From Catajapyx aquilonaris (taxonomy: Eukaryota), in the NCBI GenBank assembly GCA_000934665.2, contig KZ538484.1, forward strand, positions 54,842-74,841: a stretch of DNA of 20,000 bases, in the 5' to 3' direction. Below are positions 12,769 through 20,000 of this stretch, piece by piece (the stretch's first letter is position 1; each line of letters starts with the position of its first letter). Position numbers and translations under genes: made by a program. Under the pieces are notes generated by a model, which worked only from the letters and a program-made list of their open reading frames with translations, had not been told where the DNA came from and did no database searches.

Positions 12769-12824
12769 CCCTTAGACACCAGTAGGTGTCCATAAGGGAA
12801 ATAAACATCCATTCATTCATTCAT
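12769..12824 (+). mobile_element. Probable 3' end of a non-LTR retroelement (stem-loop, AATAAA, (CATT)n tail)
   Basis: CCCTTA-GACACC-agta-GGTGTC-ca-TAAGGG stem-loop at 12769-12798, AATAAA at 12800-12805, then catccattcattcattcat. Confidence 0.5.
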
Positions 12825-13457
12825 ATCCCGTTATCACAAGGCGCGACTTTAATTAAATTTGCTCACATTTGCTGATTATTGAACTTGTAGCAGTTGGAAA
12901 CTTGAAAATTTAATCAATTTCGAGTTTCCAACTGTTAAAATTCTTGTTAATTGACATCGAAAATACACATTAATTTCATAACAATTGTACCTCTAAAAGA
13001 AAGGTACACGTGTTACAAACCCCGGGGCAGTCGCCCCCCCCCCCCCACCCNGCTGGCGCTGCCAATCAGCATAAACATTATTTGCCATAATACATTGATT
13101 TAATCAGTGGCATATCGATATGATCAGGTTGTGTTCATCAAACACTATACAAACTACTGCATCACCTGCTGACAACCACTTATCTTTCTGCCTAAATCAT
13201 TACCAGAGAGAGTCAACCATTTGGAAACCGAACACAATCCAATACCATTCCTGATCTACTTCATCATTCTTTTGTTTGTGTCTGAAGCCATCATTTCTTG
13301 GGCAGCTTCCAGGCCTTGTTTTGTCCCGAACTATATCATTATGGTCTATGGCCCATTAATTCACAAAAATTTTACCAAAAAGGAATTGGCAATATCGGAT
13401 GAAAAGTAAACTGCAAGTGTTGACATGCAATACTGCCCTGAAGTCATTTGCAGACAA

Positions 13458-13722
13458 GGGAGGTGTGGTGGCCGAGATGGCAATGTCTCAGCTAAATGAA
13501 AAGGTCTCGGGTTCGATCCCCACCCAGGAGCTCCCAGGGTCTCTGACCCGCACATTGGAGGTGTCTGACAACCTAGCCTCCTGTGGACTGCACATGACCC
13601 GTTTACCGACATTGCACCTGCACCCGTGTCCCCCCCCCCCCNNNNNNNNNNNNNNNNNNNNNNNNNNNNNNNNNNNNNNNNNNNNNNNNNNNNNNNNNNN
13701 NNNNNGGGGGGGGGGGGGGGGG
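13458..13722 (+). mobile_element. tRNA-derived SINE, copy 2, with target-site duplication (tail includes a 64-N gap)
   Basis: A box TGGCCGAGATGG, B box GGTTCGATCCC. Flanked by AAGTCATTTGCAGACAA (13441-13457) and AAATCATTTGCAGCCAA (13723-13739), 15/17 identical. Confidence 0.9.
13642..13705. other. Assembly gap (64 N) between poly-C and poly-G runs
   Basis: Read directly from the sequence. Confidence 0.99.
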
Positions 13723-14000
13723 AAATCATTTGCAGCCAAGTGTCAATTTGATGTTCCCACACTCTGGAAGCCAAGGACTGCATGTCCTGTACACACTTTT
13801 TTTATATATAATGCAGGGAATCTGGCTGGGGGGAGGGAGGGGGGCTAGTAATTTGGGTCTTTTCTGACAACCCTATTTCTCTCTTGTCAACCAAATCCCT
13901 AGTTTACAATCATCTAAAAGAAATTTAAATGAATATGGTATATTGCCATTTGATATTGGCTTTGGACCATGGCCTTATTATACTAAGGTCTGGTCACTCC

Positions 14001-14221
14001 CTCTTATCGCTTGTGGGAGGTGCTCACTTGAGAGCACTCTTGAGAGCGTCTTTCACAGCTGTAAATACATGTGGCGAGCCTACCGGACTGCACTGAACTT
14101 AGGTAGAAGGGAAGAGTCGGTCAGAATTAAGACTCTCATATAGTCGCCACATGTATTTACAGCTGTGAAAGGCGCTCTCAAGTGAGCACCTCCCGCAAAA
14201 CGCCCCATCAGGCGATAAGAG
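14001..14221. mobile_element. Foldback/MITE-like hairpin element
   Basis: Arm 14011-14077 (including a 12-bp internal duplication) pairs almost perfectly with 14144-14198. The outer CTCTTATCGC pairs with GCGATAAGAG. Termini and TSD are not resolved. Confidence 0.75.
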
Positions 14222-14409
14222 CTGATGATAGGGGAAGTGTCCAGGGGCAGCTCTGGACATTAAATTTATATTGGCCAAGTCCTTTCATTTTGCTTACTGG
14301 TTTTGCTCTAACTGCAAGGAGACTTAAGTCTCCAGAAATGTTAAGTTACTTGATTGTGGCATGAAAAGATATATAACCACCAACCTTTCTTTTTGCATTT
14401 TTTTTCCAG

Positions 14410-14506
14410 TGAGGAGCAGAGGCCAATAAAGAAAGAGAAGGAAGATGTGCCTGAGTCCCAGATCAATCCACTTTCGGAGGTGTCCAGCTGGATTCTTACT
14501 TTCAAG
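14410..14506 (+). CDS. Fbxw7-like: Coding exon 3 of the Fbxw7-like paralog (basic patch and start of D domain)
   Basis: Long polypyrimidine tract ending tttttccAG, donor AAG|GTTACT. Encodes (S)EEQRPIKKEKEDVPESQINPLSEVSSWILTFK, whose end aligns with recalled ago NPPPELQHWLAQFQ and human PPTGLQEWLKMFQ. The phase-0 end joins the exon at 16974. Confidence 0.8.
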
Positions 14507-14877
14507 GTTACTAGACATTTTTTATTTCAGTTTTAAAAGTATAATAATTCATCAGTTCACATGTTTTCACTCAGAATAATTATGAACATCTACCCAAATG
14601 TATTCAAACTGTCACTTTTCTTGAATACCCTTATTGTACTCCCCATATGAACAATGCTATACATTTATAGTTTATACATTTCTTTTGAGAGACTTTCTTA
14701 GGAGGACAGTGCATGTTGCACACAAAAAAATATGATATCTTACTTACCATTTATAAGTTGTGGTCTGATCTTGTGTCAGTAGTGTCACTATCATGAGAAG
14801 GAAATTGCATATAGTTACTGGACTTGGGGAGATGCAGGCCTTGCATGCATTCATGGACTGGTAAACATACCAGTGTA

Positions 14878-16257
14878 TGAAAGGTGGTGCTGATAAGTTC
14901 CTGGTTTCTACCATTAATTATTCTAGCTTACTTTCAAAAACACCTTTATCACATGATATCATTTTCTATGGGTCAGATACCATCAGATATCACCTTCTGA
15001 TTGGTAACGTCAAGAGCTAATGGTAACGTATAGTCTACAGTATGTACATGTTGTTTAGGTTTAAAGTTAAGATGACAGGCGACTTCTCACTATTTATCAT
15101 GAAAGAGAGTCCAGCAGTGCTGAAGTACAGTATGTCACTTTAAAAGGACAGTAGGCCAAACAACTTTAAAAATATAATTATGTAGTATGTGTATTACATC
15201 AGGTGATTAGTCTTGCACCTACTACCTTGTGAAAAACTGGATTGATACAATAGGTCATTTCAGCACTGAAGACAAAGAACATTCTGAAAGGCCAGTTGAA
15301 TTGACTGGTCTTGAAAATGTAGATTCCATTTGTTCCATGGTATGAGACCATTCAATAATTTCAGCTTTAAAAAAATAGCAGAGGTCCTAAGCATTTATCA
15401 TGAATGTCTAGGTTTTATAATTTAGGATATATTGAACATGACAGAGCTCTCACCCAAATGGATGCCGAAATGTTTCGATTCTCACCAAAAGCGTGAAGGT
15501 GTTATTCTTTCATGAACGACCATTTTGGAGCATTTTAAGAGGGCTCACTCAGGTTTTTGGTTTCGTCTTGTTACTTGGCTCCGTTTGTATGATCCAAAGA
15601 TGAAACAATCCATGGAATGAAGCATTAGCGGATTCCTTCTTCCAAAAAATTAAGGACACAGAAAATCAGCTTCCAAGGTGATAGTGTGTGTATTCTAGGA
15701 CTAGGATGGAATATTGCTTATTGATTGCCTGTGTAAGGATGCAACAATCACAACAAACTACAGTACTATACATTACATAATAATTATTAACACTTTTGGA
15801 CAAACTGAAGCATGTACGTACTCTACTGGTCTCTAAATGTCACCAAATAATATTGTTTCTCCTGGACAATACATCACTGGCACGGGACCTATCTGGTATC
15901 ACACAGCAGAAAATGGCAGATCTGTGCTTCGAAGTGTTGAAACATCGAGCCTACTCACCTGCCTTGACCCAATCTGACAATTATGATATATTATCTGCTC
16001 CGTAATCTGATGAAACACATGAAGGAGAAGACATTATTGACCCTCGAAGAGGTGATATCCATTGCAGATGAATTATTATTTGTAGCCCAAAACCGTAAGG
16101 AGTTCTACCTAAATTGCGTAAGGCAGATGTAGATGCGTAGTAATAACTGTATTGCACTTTGAGAGGATGATGTTGATTACAATATAATTTATGCATAAAT
16201 TGTGCAGCTCTTAATTTTTCTTAACAAGTCTAGAATTTGTCAGCCCCCCCGCCCTCG
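14878..16257 (+). mobile_element. Decayed full-length mariner (DD34D, irritans-like) transposon; transposase pseudogene
   Basis: TA-flanked degenerate TIRs (TGAAAGGTGGTGCTGATAAGTTCCTGG versus right-end reverse complement CGAGGGCGGGGGGGCTGACAAATTCTAG), 1380 bp. Broken motifs appear in order: KWMPKC (WVP), TWLRLYDP, SASKVIVCVF*D*DGILLIDCL, ILFLLDN, FEVLKHRAYSPALTQSD (YSPDLAPSD). Stops and frameshifts are present. Confidence 0.9.
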
Positions 16258-16973
16258 TATCAGTTGGTTAGTGGTCACAAATGGTGCTGTCACATGTCAT
16301 ATATGATAAAGAATGATTACATACCTTAGGTATTTTTGCACTTAAGTAACAATATGATACTTACACACATCATCCTTAATGTGGTGACATTGTGCCAAAC
16401 ATTCAGTTGAAGAATATGTCAGTAGAGAGAATATTTTGCAAGCCAACTCCATAAGTGTCGTCAGCACACAGGAAAAATACTTCGAGTCCAATTTGGAAGG
16501 TTTGGATTATGTATACTGTACCTCTATGTAGCATTTTTTTTCTGTTTTACATGTCTCCTGGTGAAGACCATTCAGTCCTAAAGATTCATAATGAGCCATC
16601 AAGCCAGGATTTTCTGCTTTCTCTAGCATGTAAGCAAGTGCAAGGTCAAATCCTTGCTTTGGATTATCTCTAAACTCGTTTTTTGGACTTACTTTCACTT
16701 GTATGCAAACGATATGTGCACATGTATGTGCATTACCTACACTGTATGCATTTGAGTTTCGCCAGTGACCTATGATACCGTCTTTTTTATAATTCATACT
16801 CTTAAATCACTCATATATCACTCACATATCACTCATTTATACTGGACATCTAACTCTGTTATTACCACAGTATTACCCAAACATTGCTTTGAGTGCCATT
16901 TTTTCAAGATTTATGAGAATGTGACTCTTTTCAGTAGGGATTGATACCTATTCTTTGTTCTGACATTTTTCAG

Positions 16974-17084
16974 AACTGGAGTAATCCAGAGCGCGCTATG
17001 GCTCTTGAAGAGTTGCTTAAGATTTGTGAGCCAGAGCAAGCCCGTCACGTGATGGAATCAGTTGCGCCTGATCTTCCAAAAGAG
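16974..17084 (+). CDS. Fbxw7-like: Coding exon 4 of the Fbxw7-like paralog: D domain and first F-box residues (LPKE)
   Basis: Acceptor tttttcAG, donor GAG|GTGAGG, 111 nt. NWSNPERAMALEELLKICEPEQARHVMESVAPDLPKE aligns to recalled FBXW7 SWSGPEKLLALDELIDSCEPTQVKHMMQVIEPQFQRDFISLLPKE but is 8 residues shorter. Confidence 0.9.
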
Positions 17085-17136
17085 GTGAGGCACCAGTCAT
17101 TTTCTTTATTATGGCTTGTCTTCATGCCTTTTTATA

Positions 17137-17329
17137 CAGGGTGACCATAAAGTCTGGATACATAGGTAACTGGACTGTATTGTTGGCTGCCAGTTAGGCC
17201 AACTCCAAGTTCCAACTGTGCCAACTCATCCTTTACTGACTCTCAACAATCTGCTACTTGGCACAACTGGCAGCCAACAATACAATCCAGTTATCTACGT
17301 GGGCCTATCCAGACTTTAGTGTTACCCTG
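17137..17329. mobile_element. 193-bp Tc1/mariner-type MITE with TA TSD
   Basis: TA|CAGGGTGACCATAAAGTCTGGATA ... TATCCAGACTTTAGTGTTACCCTG|TA, plus inner arms TAACTGGA(C/T)TGTATTGTTGGCTGCCAGTT. Confidence 0.88.
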
Positions 17330-18809
17330 TATGTCAATGACACCTGTCTTTTAATCTGATTTTGATTTTAACTGGTTCTGCACCAGTGGAATTTGTGGTA
17401 TACCAGCAACTTTTATGGTGAAATTAGATTTCTTATGTCAAGTGACATAGGTTCTGTGCAGTTCTGTGTTGCTTTTTTTGCTTTTCTCAAATTATGTAGA
17501 AAATTTACATGTGTGAAACAACAAAAAGTGCCAAAATGAGGTGTACAAAAACTTTGATAATCATACCTGTTCCCGAAAAAAATATCTTTCACCTTGACAT
17601 TACAACTTAGATATGGAAGACTTTCCCCTACAACAATTCATGGCAAAAAATTAACCAGGGATGGAAAAAGAACCGCTTCCTCCCAAAGAAGCGGTTCTTT
17701 TTCCATCCCTGAAATTAACCCACTTGTCAGTACGAATATTTTCAGTTGCAAAAAAAAAAAAAGTGCTGTATTTGAAAATAAATGTATGGTTGTGGAATAA
17801 CTCCCCCTGGAGGACCCAATTTTTTCCCCCTTCTTGTGTGGGTACCTTTTTTTCCGGTTTTGTTAGAGTACCACTACTGGTTGCTTCGCAGTCTCTAGCT
17901 AGCCTAGCAAGACTCCTTTAACACAACAGTTAATTAGATAATTAGCATTCATGTCAAAATAAGCGAAGAAATTTTAATTATTTATATACTTTTCACCCCA
18001 CTACATTCAGATTCCAGTCATCTGGTCTTCAGTTTCATTCTATTCCCTGATTACCCAAAAGAAGGCAAGGCTCTACCTCACATTTTAATTAAAATATTCA
18101 CCTTCATCTGGCAAATTCGAGGCCATCTCACATTTCCAAGTCACTCACACCTTACTGCACTGTTCAACCTGGTAAAAGTGAACTAGGATATTACTTTCTG
18201 AGAGCCTTACCACCTGGAGTAAATTGTGAACCGGTTTACTGTCATGTTGAGAAATGAACATCACTGAATGGAGTTCAAAATACAGTTTAAATTGCTGGCT
18301 GGGGTATAGTGTTCGAGAATTCAGGCAACAGTTCCATATGCTGGACAAATAACATCAATCTACTACATAAATCACTTTTTAGAAATGAGATGAAAATTTC
18401 ACATAGATTGTGATTATTACTTGGCCCCTTTCATATGAAACCGTCTGTGATAAAATAGACAGAGCTATCAGGATTTGCTATTAGTTGTCTTACACCAGAG
18501 CTGTAGCTCTACCATAGCTTGGACCAAGCTTGGACAAAGAAGCAGCATAGAGCTCTAGAAAAAAGGGGGTAGAATAGGATATTAGATGGAGTTCCCCAAG
18601 ATGCTAATTAGCAAAGGTGGAACATTGTGCACCACAAAAGTGGCCTACAGGGAAGGAATTCTGTTAGGTTGCCTTGGTAAAAATTTGTCCAGTACTCTGA
18701 AAGGCATAGGTTAATGGTGGTTAAGCCATCTGAAAATGGTAGTTCTAGCAAATGAGTCACAATTAATTTGTGAACATTCAGAGATACCGGTAATGATTTT
18801 GAGTTACAA

Positions 18810-19305
18810 TTGCTGGAGAAGGCCTTCAAGGAGGATGGGAAGTCTTTTTGGAAGACTGTTAGGAGGTTAAGAACTGGCCATGGGGTTAGTGTAGTGGGTG
18901 TGAAGGATAAGAAGGGTGACATGCTGTGGGATGGAGAAGAGGCGAAAGGCCATTGGGGAGAGTATTTTAAGGACTTGCTGTCAGTAAGTGATAAGGCCAG
19001 TATTGATGTATCTGTAAGCTTAATTGGGGATGATGTACCAAGTAATGATGGTTGTGGGGATATTAGTAAGAAGGAAGTTGCAGCTGCTGCTTTAGAACTT
19101 AAACTAGGTAAATCCCCTGGGGTTGATGCTATTTCTTCGGAAATGGTGAGGTGTGGCGGGGTTGATGTAGTTACTTTTTTGGCTCATTTATGTAGGGTTT
19201 CTTTTGATAATGGTGTAGTTCCTAGGGATTGGAGGGATGTTATTATAGTACCTCTGTATAAGGGTAGGGGTGCGGGACTGCAAGAATTATCGTGGCATTA
19301 GTTTG
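18810..19305 (+). mobile_element. Internal fragment of an RTE-like LINE ORF (linker and start of reverse transcriptase)
   Basis: FWKTVRRLR...VKDKKG...WGEYFKDLL...ISKKEV...LKLGKSPGVDAISSEM...VPRDWRDVIIVPLYKGRG, then a frameshift to DCKNYRGISL. Truncated on both sides. Confidence 0.9.
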
Positions 19306-19309
19306 TCAA

Positions 19310-19542
19310 CCCTTAACTAGTAAGGTGGGCTCATTTTTGACCCCAATCCTGCAGAAATTAGCACTGTCAAATAACTGGTTAATCAAGAGCCAAAAGCTTC
19401 TGTGTATTCCTCGATCACATCTTTGTTTATGTGTTAATAACCTTTAAATTTTTCAAAAAAATTTAATAGTGGTCCAAAAATGGCTATAATGAAGGTGATG
19501 TGTGGCTGGGGTCAAAAATGACCACACCTTACTAGTTACGTT
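19310..19542. mobile_element. Short non-autonomous DNA element with ~32-bp inverted repeats (piggyBac-like left end)
   Basis: 19314-19345 matches the reverse complement of 19507-19538 at 30/32 (TAACTAGTAAGGTG.G.TCATTTTTGACCCCA). The left end tcaa|CCCT resembles TTAA|CCCT. The right TSD is not intact. Confidence 0.65.
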
Positions 19543-19798
19543 TGGATGCCTCATTGCTCTTGGATTCATGCCTGCCAGTGAGTGAGTGAGAAGCTTCTAT
19601 TTTTTGCTTCAAACGGTGGCACGGCATGTACTAATGGCAAACCTGTCATAGATGATGCAATAATAAAAAAATTTGTAAATAGTTTCAGATATGGGTTTGC
19701 CCTGCGCTTTATACAATGTCATATAGCCGTTATTTTGAAAGTATTACTTGTATGGCATTTAATGTAGAGGACATATCATCATCATTTGGGGCGTTATA

Positions 19799-20000
19799 CA
19801 GGGTGTATCTGAACTCAGTGCCCCGACGTATATGACTGCCTTCCTAGCCACCAGAGGATCGATTTAAGTATAGGAGTCATATGTCTGGGCAGCCTCATTA
19901 TGGAGATAATTGGCCGCAAACATGTAGTACAAAATATCCTGTCGGTTAGGCCACCCATCGAACCCTCCCCCAGTCAGAAGGCTCTGGAAGGTCTGGGGGC
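19799..20000. mobile_element. Likely left end of another Tc1/mariner-type element running out of the window
   Basis: TA|CAGGGTGT terminus resembling those at 117 and 17137. The partner TIR is not in the window. Confidence 0.35.

Noticed and set aside
12179..13063. GC-rich patches resembling hAT-MITE ends
   Set aside because: The two ends are not clear inverted repeats of each other, and no 8-bp TSD was found.
13458..13530. tRNA gene candidate
   Set aside because: It has A/B boxes but no convincing cloverleaf, and it continues into a shared SINE body with a TSD.
13361..13848. ORFs spanning poly-C/N/poly-G, and ORF 5891-6118
   Set aside because: Derived from the SINE and the assembly gap.
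19689..19770. Frame IWVCPALYTMSYSRYFESITC after tttcAG, faintly like the F-box LALYVLSY...TC
   Set aside because: Poor polypyrimidine tract, wrong spacing and no W-rich F-box end, so probably chance. The next paralog exon is probably beyond the window.

Overview
AT-rich, repeat-dense eukaryotic genomic DNA, probably from an invertebrate or arthropod. It contains the last coding exon of a highly conserved Fbxw7/archipelago (SEL-10/Cdc4 family) F-box/WD40 gene (2244-2407, +) and its presumed 3' UTR. About 5.5 kb downstream on the same strand are the first four coding exons (7949-17084) of a second, divergent Fbxw7-like gene. This second copy has a short N-terminus, a recognisable dimerization (D) domain and an in-frame ~8-aa deletion at the D-domain/F-box junction. 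The rest is intron or intergenic sequence holding a TTAA-flanked piggyBac-like non-autonomous element, two copies of a tRNA-derived SINE, a decayed ~1.4 kb mariner, an RTE-type LINE fragment, several MITE/foldback hairpins, a near-perfect 76-bp palindrome upstream of the second gene, a ~500 bp (TC)n tract and a 64-N gap. All homology calls come from my recall of the families; no searches were run.
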